A stretch of DNA of 64,000 bases from Candidatus Hydrogenedentota bacterium (GTDB lineage: Bacteria; Hydrogenedentota; Hydrogenedentia; Hydrogenedentales; SLHB01), in the NCBI GenBank assembly GCA_963668025.2, contig CAXXTH010000017.1, positions 864,001-928,000 of the forward strand, given 5' to 3'. The notes beneath the pieces are model-generated. The model was not told the DNA's origin and searched no databases. It worked only from the letters and a program-made list of their open reading frames with translations. The position numbers were made by a program, and so were the translations under genes. This document shows positions 52,959 through 61,643 of this stretch, one piece after another (within the stretch, counting starts at the first letter, position 1; each line of letters starts with the position of its first letter).

Positions 52959-53714
52959 ATGCCGGGTGATACGTTGAGTGCGAGCCTGGAGGATTACCTT
53001 GAGGCCATATTCCACATCGTGGCGGAGAAACAAGCCGCCCGCGTGAAGGATATCGCCGCCCGTTTGTCCGTCAACAATTCTTCCGTAACGGGGGCGTTGC
53101 ACGCCCTCGCCGAGCGCGGCCTGATCAATTACGCACCGTACGATATCATCACCTTGACGGATGAAGGCCGCCGCGAAGGCCGCGAGATTGTCCGCCGCCA
53201 TGAAGCCCTCCGGGATTTCTTCGTCAAAGTGTTGGATGTGGAGTCCGCCGAAGCCGAAGAAGCCGCATGCCGGGTGGAACACGCCATTTCGCGGGGAATC
53301 CTGGATAGGTTTGTTGTGTTCCTTAACTCTATTGAAGTGTGCCCGATGATGGCGGCGCGCAGCGGTGCAGGCGTGGGTTTTCCGTGCGCGGACGGCCCCA
53401 GCCGGGAAGCATGCGTGCGGTGCATCCAAATGTGTTTGGCCTCGCTGCATGAAGAGGCGAACGCGCCTGCTGGCGCGGCAGGCGGGCGGCTGTTTTTAGA
53501 TAGGCTTGCCGCCGGGCGGAAGGCGCGTGTGTCGTCCATGAGCAAGCGAAGCCGCGCCGAAGCGCGTTACCAGGAAATGGGGCTTGCGCCCGGTGCGTTG
53601 ATCGAAGTCGAACGCCCCGGCGAAACGGGCGCGCCTATAGAAATAAAGGTGAATGGGTATCATGTGACGATTGAACGGAGGGACGCCGCCGAGATCGCCG
53701 TGGAGCCATTCTAA
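52959..53714 (+). CDS. DtxR/MntR-family metalloregulator with C-terminal FeoA domain
   Basis: SLEDYLEAI, ARVKDIA, RRHEAL, EACRVEHAIS; Cys-rich linker; FeoA-like tail. Confidence 0.92.
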   Translation: MPGDTLSASLEDYLEAIFHIVAEKQAARVKDIAARLSVNNSSVTGALHALAERGLINYAPYDIITLTDEGRREGREIVRRHEALRDFFVKVLDVESAEAEEAACRVEHAISRGILDRFVVFLNSIEVCPMMAARSGAGVGFPCADGPSREACVRCIQMCLASLHEEANAPAGAAGGRLFLDRLAAGRKARVSSMSKRSRAEARYQEMGLAPGALIEVERPGETGAPIEIKVNGYHVTIERRDAAEIAVEPF

Positions 53715-53795
53715 CGATAAGACCTCTCCGGTGGCACAGAACGACTAGTAACAAGGCGCTTCATTTTTTCCTAAAAGTGCGAGGAATAGATTGTC

Positions 53796-54047
53796 ATGAA
53801 CGAAACGAAAGAGGCTCCGTCCGATAACACGGTGCCTCTTGCTCAGATACCGGCGGGCTCCCGCGTGCATTTGGCGTCCGTCGAGGCGGGATTGGGCTTG
53901 CGTTCGCGGCTTGCGGCGCTGGGGCTCATCACTGGCGCGGAGCTGCATGTGATTGCCAACAGCCTGTGGGGGCCGTTCATCGTGGCCGTGCGGGAGAGCC
54001 GTATTATTTTAGGCCGGGGCATGGCGGAAAAAATTAAAGTGAGATGA
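53796..54047 (+). CDS. feoA: Ferrous iron transport protein A
   Basis: RLAALGLITGAEL..GPFIVAVRESRIILGRGMAEKIKV. Confidence 0.92.
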   Translation: MNETKEAPSDNTVPLAQIPAGSRVHLASVEAGLGLRSRLAALGLITGAELHVIANSLWGPFIVAVRESRIILGRGMAEKIKVR

Positions 54048-54080
54048 CGCCGCCCAGGCTGCGGACAGGATCCTGTACAC

Positions 54081-56615
54081 ATGAATGTTTACGCGGGAAA
54101 ATCCATTACGGCCGCCTTGGCGGGCAATCCGAATTCGGGCAAAACCACCCTGTTTAACGCGATTACGGGCGCACACCAGCATGTAGGCAATTATCCTGGC
54201 GTAACCGTCGAAAAAAAAGAAGGCCGTTGCCGGACCAATGGCGTCCAGCTTACCGTGGTGGATCTTCCCGGCACCTATAGCCTCACCGCGTATTCCACCG
54301 AGGAAATCGTGGCGCGCGATTTCGTTATCAAAGACAAGCCCGATGTGGTGGTGGATGTGGTGGACGCCTCGAATCTCGAGCGCAACCTGTATCTGGCCGT
54401 ACAGCTCATCGAGCTGGGCGCACCCCTTGTGCTGGCGTTCAACATGAGCGATGTGGCGAAGAGCCGGGGCTTTGAATTTGATATCCAGGCGTTATCAAGG
54501 CTCCTCGGCGCGCCGATTGTGCTTACGTCGGCCCATAAAAGCAAGGGCGTTGAGGAACTCCTCGAAACGATATTGAAAACTGCGGAACAGCCGCCTCTAA
54601 CGAAATCCATTCGTATTCAATATGGAAGCGAAATCGAGGCGGAGCTGGCCAAGCTGCAGCGGCTTATTGAAGCGAAGGGCGTCTTGCCAGGCGTGTATGC
54701 CCCCCGATGGCTGGCGCTCAAGCTGCTCGAACAAGACCGGGAAATCTCGGCGGAGATTCACGAGCCCGAGTTGCTGGCTTTGGCGAAAACGAGCGTGGCC
54801 CGGCTTACGCGCATTTTGGGCGATTCGCCGGAAATGGCCATCGCCGACCGGCGGTACGGATTTATCTCGGGGGCTTGCCAGGAAACCGTGCGCTCGACCG
54901 TCGAACAGCGCCATTACGTCTCCGATCAAATTGACGCCGTGCTGGCCCACCGCATTCTAGGCCTGCCGATTTTCTTGCTGATGATGTACCTCGTGTTCGA
55001 ATTTACCTTCACGCTGGGCAATCCGGCCATGGGGGCCATCGAACACCTATTCTCATGGCTCGCGGATACGATTATCCATTGGTGGCCCCGGGGTTCGGAA
55101 AGCGCCTTGCGTTCGCTGTTGGTGGATGGGGTGATTGGCGGCGTGGGCGGCGTGATTGTGTTTTTACCGAATATTTTGCTGCTGTTTCTGTCCATCGCAC
55201 TGCTCGAGGATTCAGGCTACATGGCCCGGGCGGCGTTCGTGATGGACCACATCATGCACAAGTTTGATCTGCACGGGAAGAGTTTCATTCCCATGATGAT
55301 CGGTTTCGGCTGCACCGTACCTGCTATCATGGCCACGCGCACCCTCGAGAACGAGCGCGACCGGCTAACGACTATGCTGGTGGCGCCGCTCATGAGCTGC
55401 GGCGCACGGTTTCCCATTTACGCCTTGCTCATTCCAGCCTTTTTCCCGAAAGCCTGGCAAGCGCCCATGCTGTGGCTCATCTATTTTATTGGCATCGTAT
55501 TGGCGCTGGCGCTGGCCAAGCTGCTGCGCCTGACCCTGTTCCGGGGCGAATCGACGCCGTTTGTGATGGAATTGCCGCCGTACCGCATGCCGACGGCGCG
55601 AGGCGCGCTGCACCATATGTGGGGCCGGGGCTGGCTGTATGTGCGCAAGGCGGGAACCGTGATTCTGGCGATCTCGATTCTGCTGTGGGTGCTAACGGCC
55701 TATCCTAAAAAGACCGTGTTTGATCTGGATTACAACGCCCTCAAGGCGGGCGAGCGCGATGCCTATTTGGAACAGGCGCGCAAGCTCAACACATCGCTGG
55801 GCCTGCCTGCGGAATCCGGCTTGCTCGAAGAGGCCCTGCGGGCGGAACTCGAACGACAGGATGAACAGGCCGCGTATTATCCCGATGAACCTGGATACGC
55901 CGAGGCGCAATCCCGCTACGAGGCGCGTCTGGCGGAGCTGAACGCTCAAGACGGGTCGGGCCGCATTGCGGCGTTTCTCGTGGTGCGGGATGCGGTAGTT
56001 GCGGCGCGGGCAGACTTCGAGGCCGCTGTGTCGGAACGGGGGCTTGAACCCCACTCGCCCAGCCATGTCGCGCTGCGGCATGATTTGGAAAACCAGCTTC
56101 AGCGTCTGCGGCAACAGTCGCCCGCGCCCGTCGAGGCGGCGCTTGCCTATCTGGATGGGGTGCATGAACCGTATTCCGAACGCCTGCGCGCACTCGAACA
56201 CCAACAGCGTTCGGAAGAACTGGCATATTCCATGGCGGGGCGGATTGGCCGCGCCATCGAGCCGGTCTTGCGGCCTATGGGATTTGACTGGCGCATCGGC
56301 ACGGCGCTGGTGGGCGCTTTTGCGGCCAAAGAAGTCTTTGTCGCCCAATTGGGCATTGTATACGCCGTGGGCAAAGAGAGCCCGGAAACCGAAGCTTTAC
56401 GGGCGAATCTACGCAGCCATTACACGCCGTTGACAGCCTTCTGCATCATGATATTCTGTTTGATCAGCACGCCCTGCGTAGCGACATTCGCGGCCACGCG
56501 CAGCGAATCCAATTCCTGGAAATGGCCCTTGTTCCAATTGGCGGGGCTGACCGTACTGGCTTGGCTCGTTACGACGTTGATATACCAAACGGGCAGCCTG
56601 CTGGGCGCGGTATGA
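54081..56615 (+). CDS. feoB: Ferrous iron transport protein B
   Basis: GNPNSGKTT, GNYPGVTVE, DLPGTYSL, LEDSGYMARAA, GFGCTVPA, FVMELPPYR, AKEVFV, PCVAT. Confidence 0.97.
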   Translation: MNVYAGKSITAALAGNPNSGKTTLFNAITGAHQHVGNYPGVTVEKKEGRCRTNGVQLTVVDLPGTYSLTAYSTEEIVARDFVIKDKPDVVVDVVDASNLERNLYLAVQLIELGAPLVLAFNMSDVAKSRGFEFDIQALSRLLGAPIVLTSAHKSKGVEELLETILKTAEQPPLTKSIRIQYGSEIEAELAKLQRLIEAKGVLPGVYAPRWLALKLLEQDREISAEIHEPELLALAKTSVARLTRILGDSPEMAIADRRYGFISGACQETVRSTVEQRHYVSDQIDAVLAHRILGLPIFLLMMYLVFEFTFTLGNPAMGAIEHLFSWLADTIIHWWPRGSESALRSLLVDGVIGGVGGVIVFLPNILLLFLSIALLEDSGYMARAAFVMDHIMHKFDLHGKSFIPMMIGFGCTVPAIMATRTLENERDRLTTMLVAPLMSCGARFPIYALLIPAFFPKAWQAPMLWLIYFIGIVLALALAKLLRLTLFRGESTPFVMELPPYRMPTARGALHHMWGRGWLYVRKAGTVILAISILLWVLTAYPKKTVFDLDYNALKAGERDAYLEQARKLNTSLGLPAESGLLEEALRAELERQDEQAAYYPDEPGYAEAQSRYEARLAELNAQDGSGRIAAFLVVRDAVVAARADFEAAVSERGLEPHSPSHVALRHDLENQLQRLRQQSPAPVEAALAYLDGVHEPYSERLRALEHQQRSEELAYSMAGRIGRAIEPVLRPMGFDWRIGTALVGAFAAKEVFVAQLGIVYAVGKESPETEALRANLRSHYTPLTAFCIMIFCLISTPCVATFAATRSESNSWKWPLFQLAGLTVLAWLVTTLIYQTGSLLGAV

Positions 56616-56804
56616 TAAACATAATTGGTAACACAATATAAGGCTGTAGATTCGACTTGCCGCCAAGTCACATTATGGAAATATCTTGATGAGTTTTGTT
56701 CATTCTGTAAATCGTGTCCAAAAAACGCCATTTTTGCTATTGCGGCCAACAAACGATATCGCTGCTAAACAGCAAATTATCCTATCAACCGAGGAGACCG
56801 GCTC

Positions 56805-57008
56805 ATGATGGAAACGCTCGTGATTATCGCAGTAGTGCTCGCCGCGTGCGCCTTTCTGGGGCGGGGCATCTACCGCACCATGACCGGCAAAGCCAGCACA
56901 TGCGGCTGTGGAGAAAAAACGTGTCCCATGCAGAAAGATTGCGCCAGCCGGGATTGTTCTTGCCCGGAGCCGCCCGCTTCGCTGATGCACGGAAAAACAA
57001 AATCATGA
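56805..57008 (+). CDS. FeoB-associated Cys-rich membrane protein
   Basis: N-terminal TM then CGCGEKTCP..C...C.C; SD GAGGAG; follows feoB. Confidence 0.75.
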   Translation: MMETLVIIAVVLAACAFLGRGIYRTMTGKASTCGCGEKTCPMQKDCASRDCSCPEPPASLMHGKTKS

Positions 57009-58102
57009 ATGCTGGCCATCTCGTAGCCGCATTGTTGTCTGTATGCGGGCTTGCCTTGGCGCAACTGCCCGATCAGCCATTCGCCATGGAGCGGGGGCGC
57101 ATCATTGCGCCTGTTTTTTTCCATGGATTAGGCCCGTACCCTTTTCTACTAGATACGGCGGCGGTGGAGCCGGTATTCGATGCCGCCATGGCGGCGCGTT
57201 TGGGTCTTCAGAAAAGCGCGGAATCACCGGATTCTGTAGCATGCACCGAAGCGTTATCGCCCGTCGTGTGCGGACATGCCATGCCGGAATCCACGTTTCT
57301 ACTTGCGGACTTGTCTGGATTCGAGCGCATCTTGGGGCGGCCCGTGGCGGGCGTATTGGCCGGGCAACGCCTGGAAGGCGTGCTCGTGTTTGATTTCGAG
57401 GCCAAGCACATGTCGTGGCGTCCGGCGGACCCGATCCCCATCGATCCATATACCACCCGTTTGGAGCAAACGCCGGAAGGCCCCGTTCTCGACCTCACGT
57501 TGAATGGCAAGCCCATGCGCGCCGTGCTCGACACCTCTTTTGGCGGCATACTATCGCTCTCCGAATCGCTGGCGAACCAGATGGGCGTGCTGGGCGATGC
57601 CACGCCACGGCTGAAGCTGCTTGCCGGCGGCGAAACCACGGCGGGTGATGTCCAATTCCGTGCAGGCAGCCTACGCATCCCCACCATTGAAGTGGCAGGG
57701 CCGGTCTGCGCCCTGGACGCCGCCTCCGGAACCGCACGCATCGGCTCGGGATTGCTGGCGTGTTTCCGCGCTGCGATTGGCTTTCCCGCGTCCTTTGTGC
57801 GCCTTGAACCTATCGGGGCGCTGCCGGTGACGAGTGCGCCAATTGAAGGAACCGGCCTCACGCCGGTGTCGCTGCAAGAGGGCTATTGGACCGTGGGGGT
57901 GGCGGAAGGCTCACCCGCGGACGAAGGGGGAGTTTCGCCGGGGGATGCCGTGCTGGCCGTGAACGGCGCGGCCATGCAAGGCGTGGCCTGGACACAGTTG
58001 TCCGCGCTGCTGAATCCGATTACAGGCCAGGAAGTGCGCTTATCGCTCCGGCATGCGGGCGAAACGCAGGCATGCGTCCTGGTCTCCCGCCGCTTGCTCT
58101 AG
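57005..58102 (+). CDS. Secreted double aspartyl-protease-like + PDZ protein
   Basis: Signal peptide, FLLDTAA and AVLDTSF, C-terminal GSPADEGGVSPGDAVLAVNG. Confidence 0.75.
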   Translation: MNAGHLVAALLSVCGLALAQLPDQPFAMERGRIIAPVFFHGLGPYPFLLDTAAVEPVFDAAMAARLGLQKSAESPDSVACTEALSPVVCGHAMPESTFLLADLSGFERILGRPVAGVLAGQRLEGVLVFDFEAKHMSWRPADPIPIDPYTTRLEQTPEGPVLDLTLNGKPMRAVLDTSFGGILSLSESLANQMGVLGDATPRLKLLAGGETTAGDVQFRAGSLRIPTIEVAGPVCALDAASGTARIGSGLLACFRAAIGFPASFVRLEPIGALPVTSAPIEGTGLTPVSLQEGYWTVGVAEGSPADEGGVSPGDAVLAVNGAAMQGVAWTQLSALLNPITGQEVRLSLRHAGETQACVLVSRRLL

Positions 58103-58151
58103 GCCCAACATACACTCAATCCCAACAACCACCATAAGGAGTATCGCACGC

Positions 58152-58688
58152 ATGGAACAATGGATCCGCCGCGAGCCTATCTATTCAGGCCGCGTGATTT
58201 CGCTTGAGGCCGGAGAAGTCGCCCTCGATAACGGAGAAACCGCCCCTCGCGAGATTGTCTTGCATTGCGGCGGCGTAGGCGTCGCGCCCTTGGTGGACGG
58301 CCAGGTCATTTTGGTCAAACAATACCGCATTGCCGTCGAGCGCGATGTCATCGAGCTGCCCGCAGGCAAGCTGGAACCCGGCGATACGCCCGAAACCCGC
58401 GCCGCCCAGGAACTCGAGGAAGAAACCGGCTACCGTCCAGGCCGGCTCGTACAGGTGGCGTCCTGCTATTGCTCGCCAGGATTCACCAACGAACTCGACC
58501 ACATCTATCTGGCGTTCGATTGCGTGAAAACCAAACAGAATTTGGAATACGACGAGCGCATCGAGTTGGTGCATATCCCGCTCGATGAGATCGAATCCCG
58601 CCTGCAACGCCGCGAATTCATCGACGCCAAGACCATCATCGGCCTGCGCGAACTGCTGGCGTATCTAGCGCGGGTGGATGGGGAATAA
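58152..58688 (+). CDS. NUDIX hydrolase (ADP-ribose pyrophosphatase-like)
   Basis: REIVLH, VKQYR, ELPAGKLE..AAQELEEETG, SPGF, DAKT. Confidence 0.92.
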   Translation: MEQWIRREPIYSGRVISLEAGEVALDNGETAPREIVLHCGGVGVAPLVDGQVILVKQYRIAVERDVIELPAGKLEPGDTPETRAAQELEEETGYRPGRLVQVASCYCSPGFTNELDHIYLAFDCVKTKQNLEYDERIELVHIPLDEIESRLQRREFIDAKTIIGLRELLAYLARVDGE

Positions 58689-58933
58689 CCTCGCTCGATG
58701 CCCGCGCCGCCCCATTGATAAGATCCACTGCAATAGGCAAAGGGAAAACACCACAATTCTGATTTTGCTCATATCAAAAAGCACCATATATGGCTCGTCT
58801 TCTAAAAGCCACATACGGTGATTTTACGGAATTATTGAGGTGAATCCGCAACCAAAAGGGTATTCGGGTCCCAGGAATCCATATATGGGAGTATTCGATG
58901 GTATTTAATTCTTGACGCTAGTGGTTTTTTCTC

Positions 58934-58962
58934 TTGACAAGTACTATATGTTGTGGTAGATT
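58934..58962 (+). promoter_or_regulatory. Strong sigma70-type promoter
   Basis: TTGACA-17-TAGATT with extended -10 TG. Confidence 0.65.
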
Positions 58963-58967
58963 GCCCT

Positions 58968-59200
58968 TGGTGTCTGGAACATAGTACGTGGGCATGCAAC
59001 TTCAACGCACCGTGAAGTTCGTTCCGCAGCCCAAGCCAACATGTCCACGTCCAGGCAGGCGCCTATATCCGCAGCCCATGGGCGCTTGGCCATAGATAGA
59101 AACCGTGTCCCTCTTGCGCCAAAGACACACGGATCGAGGTTTCGGACACTCCCCGCATCGAGCGGCAAGTTCCCAAGGCTTGCCGCTCCCTCCTTTTTTT
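58968..59200 (+). ncRNA. Candidate structured small RNA (or small-ORF mRNA)
   Basis: Bounded by a promoter and gagcggcaag/cttgccgctc stem + T7; several nested stems; not recognised as a known family. Confidence 0.45.
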
Positions 59201-59398
59201 GAGCGAAAAATGTCTGTTGAAGAGCTGGCCTCACGGTCAAAATTGAATCTATTTTCCCTGCATGATACGATCTTGAGTGTAGCGAAAAGGTGTGTTTTGG
59301 ACATCTTATTATTGCCGGTTATTCATATGTGCAAGCTGGCTAGGCGCTTGGGCGCCGCGAAACACTATCCGCTTGCGAAAGAAGGGAAGTATATTCAA

Positions 59399-60337
59399 AT
59401 GAAAACAATGCGAACCTGTTCCATACTAGCGCTTCTTCTATTGTCATGGGCTTGCTTGGCTGTTGCCCAGGATGGGACTGCCTCGGAAGAGCTTGCTGCT
59501 ACGGACGGCAGCCGGGGAGTTAATGACACGCCGCGCTTGACGCTCACTTTGCGGGGTTGGTATGCGAATCTGGATGGCGACACGAGCATGTTGCGTGAGC
59601 TGGACAGCTCGAATCTGGACATAGATGATGAACTGAATATTGGTGACTATCTCGCCCCAGAAGCCCGGATGAGCCTCCGGATCGCGGAGCGGCATACGCT
59701 GGAATTGCGCTATGTCCACCTACAATACGATAGCGATGAGCATTTGGCCAAGCCTTTTGTGTTTGACCAAAGCTTGGCGGGAGTCTTCAACCGGGTGGAA
59801 GGCAAACTCAAACTGGATTACGCCCGCGTGGGCTGGCGGTACCGCCTTGTGGGCGACGGTGGCGGCGCATTTGATTTGGACACGGTGCTGGACGCGGCCA
59901 TCTTCAAAGGCAGCGCGAAATATAAATTGTACAAATGGTGGGATCCTTACTACGTGGATGAAAAGGATGAATTGGACGGCTGGGGCGGCTTGCCGATGCT
60001 CGGGCTGTCGTTCACCGCACGCCCAATAAACCGGTTCGAGCTGTTTGGCGAAGCGGCGGGCATGTATGCGGGCGATTATGGCCATGCGTTTGACGCCGAA
60101 GCCGGCGTACGCTTCCTGGTGACGCAACACTTGTCCGTTGAAGCGGGGTATCGCCTGTTTAATCTGCGCGGGCAATGGGACAATGACCATGACAAGCCTG
60201 GCCTGGCCGATTTGATCCTGGATGGCCCCGAAGAACTCCTGCAAGACGCCATCGTGCGCGAGATTTATGGCGGCGATACCGACGATGCGGACCTCTCCAT
60301 GGCGGGCCCATTCGTGGGCGCATCGCTGCGATTCTAA
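59399..60337 (+). CDS. Outer-membrane beta-barrel protein
   Basis: Signal peptide, alternating beta strands, SVEAGYR, C-terminal GPFVGASLRF; own promoter candidate TTGAAT-17-TACGAT at 59243-59271. Confidence 0.8.
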   Translation: MKTMRTCSILALLLLSWACLAVAQDGTASEELAATDGSRGVNDTPRLTLTLRGWYANLDGDTSMLRELDSSNLDIDDELNIGDYLAPEARMSLRIAERHTLELRYVHLQYDSDEHLAKPFVFDQSLAGVFNRVEGKLKLDYARVGWRYRLVGDGGGAFDLDTVLDAAIFKGSAKYKLYKWWDPYYVDEKDELDGWGGLPMLGLSFTARPINRFELFGEAAGMYAGDYGHAFDAEAGVRFLVTQHLSVEAGYRLFNLRGQWDNDHDKPGLADLILDGPEELLQDAIVREIYGGDTDDADLSMAGPFVGASLRF

Positions 60338-60404
60338 CGGCTCTGGAATTTCGCTTCATACACGCGCTTGCGGCTTCTCATGAAGACTGCAAGCGCGTGT
60401 TGCT

Positions 60405-60551
60405 TTATGCGCCCATGAGCCTGCGCAGCAGCGCGGCGATGGCGTCCCGATTCCCCTCATAAAAAGCCGCCGAGAACCGGACGTAAAAAAGGGCCATGAC
60501 GCCGATGAGCCAGGCGGCGGCCAGCGTCCCGAGCAAGCGGTCACGCTTCAT
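60405..60551 (-). CDS. Small membrane protein (48 aa)
   Basis: MKRDRLLGTLAAAWLIGVMALFYVRF.. single TM; overlaps the end of the upstream gene. Confidence 0.55.
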   Translation of the reverse strand: MKRDRLLGTLAAAWLIGVMALFYVRFSAAFYEGNRDAIAALLRRLMGA

Positions 60552-60921
60552 CGCGGCGCTCCAGTTTCTTGACGCGGTTTGACAAGAGCGCCACTTCCTG
60601 GGCGAGCTGGCGATTGCGTTCGGCAAGCCGTGAGATCACGATGGTGAAGCTGAGCATGAGGAACAGGACAAAGAGAAACGATAAGATCACGATGACGGTC
60701 AGGAATTGAAAGTGAAACAAATTGGATAGCAAAATAATGACGCGGGGAAAAACGCCGATGACCAAGCCCGCGAGAGCGGTTCCGAGCCAAAGCAAGGCGT
60801 AGCGCTCCTTGAGGTATCCGCGCCGCACCAACTCGAGCACGAGGCCGAGCAAAAAGATGGAAAGCACGGCGAGGCCGACGCGATGGACCAAATACAAATC
60901 GAGTTGTTCCGTGCCTGGCAT
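60541..60921 (-). CDS. DUF2304-family membrane protein
   Basis: LELVRRGYLKERYALLW, ISRL..RNRQLAQEVALL; follows a GT2 gene. Confidence 0.88.
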   Translation of the reverse strand: MPGTEQLDLYLVHRVGLAVLSIFLLGLVLELVRRGYLKERYALLWLGTALAGLVIGVFPRVIILLSNLFHFQFLTVIVILSFLFVLFLMLSFTIVISRLAERNRQLAQEVALLSNRVKKLERRDEA

Positions 60922-60926
60922 GGAAG

Positions 60927-61643
60927 TCAATCTCCAGGTGTGCGAGGAAAGGAGCGGCACATGCTAATCAGCACCGCCAGCGCCACTTTGACGATATAAT
61001 ACGCCGCATGGGGCGGGCGGATCGAGGTGCGGCCGCCTTGGCGTGGCTGCATGCGGACGGGGATTTCCGCCGCCTTGAATCCGGCGCGATACACTACAAT
61101 GAGCGCTTCCGTTTCGGGGTAATCATCGGGATAATAGCGCGCGAAGAGGGCGATCACACGCCGGCTGGCGGCGCGGAAACCACTAGTGGTGTCGGTGATG
61201 CCGCCGCCAATCATGGCGTTCACCAGCCTCGATAGGAGCGATTTGCCTATCCGCCGGCTTATTGAAGGCACGTAACCCGTGTCGGCCACATAGCGCGAGC
61301 CAATGACAAGGTCCGCCGCGCCTGCTTCGACGCGCGCCACCAGCTCCCGCACTTGCTCCGCCGGATGCTGCCCATCCGCGTCGCATTGCACGGCGATGTC
61401 GTAGCCGTTGCGCAAGGCATACTTATACCCCGTCTGCATGGCGGCCCCAATTCCGAGGTTCATGGGCATGCGCACCAAATCCGCTGCACCGCTAGCCTCG
61501 ACAATGGCCGCTGTCCGGTCTTGGGAGCCATCGTCGATCACCAGAATGTCACATTCAGGCGCATGCTGGCGCAACGCCGCGATGACATCCGCGATGGTGT
61601 CGGCTTCGTTGTACGCGGGTATGATGATCAGCGTGCGCGACAT
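60927..61643 (-). CDS. Glycosyltransferase family 2 (DPM-synthase-like)
   Basis: IIPAYNE, IDDGSQD, NLGIGAAMQTG, DADGQH, GSRY, DTTSGFRA. Confidence 0.93.
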   Translation of the reverse strand: MSRTLIIIPAYNEADTIADVIAALRQHAPECDILVIDDGSQDRTAAIVEASGAADLVRMPMNLGIGAAMQTGYKYALRNGYDIAVQCDADGQHPAEQVRELVARVEAGAADLVIGSRYVADTGYVPSISRRIGKSLLSRLVNAMIGGGITDTTSGFRAASRRVIALFARYYPDDYPETEALIVVYRAGFKAAEIPVRMQPRQGGRTSIRPPHAAYYIVKVALAVLISMCRSFPRTPGD

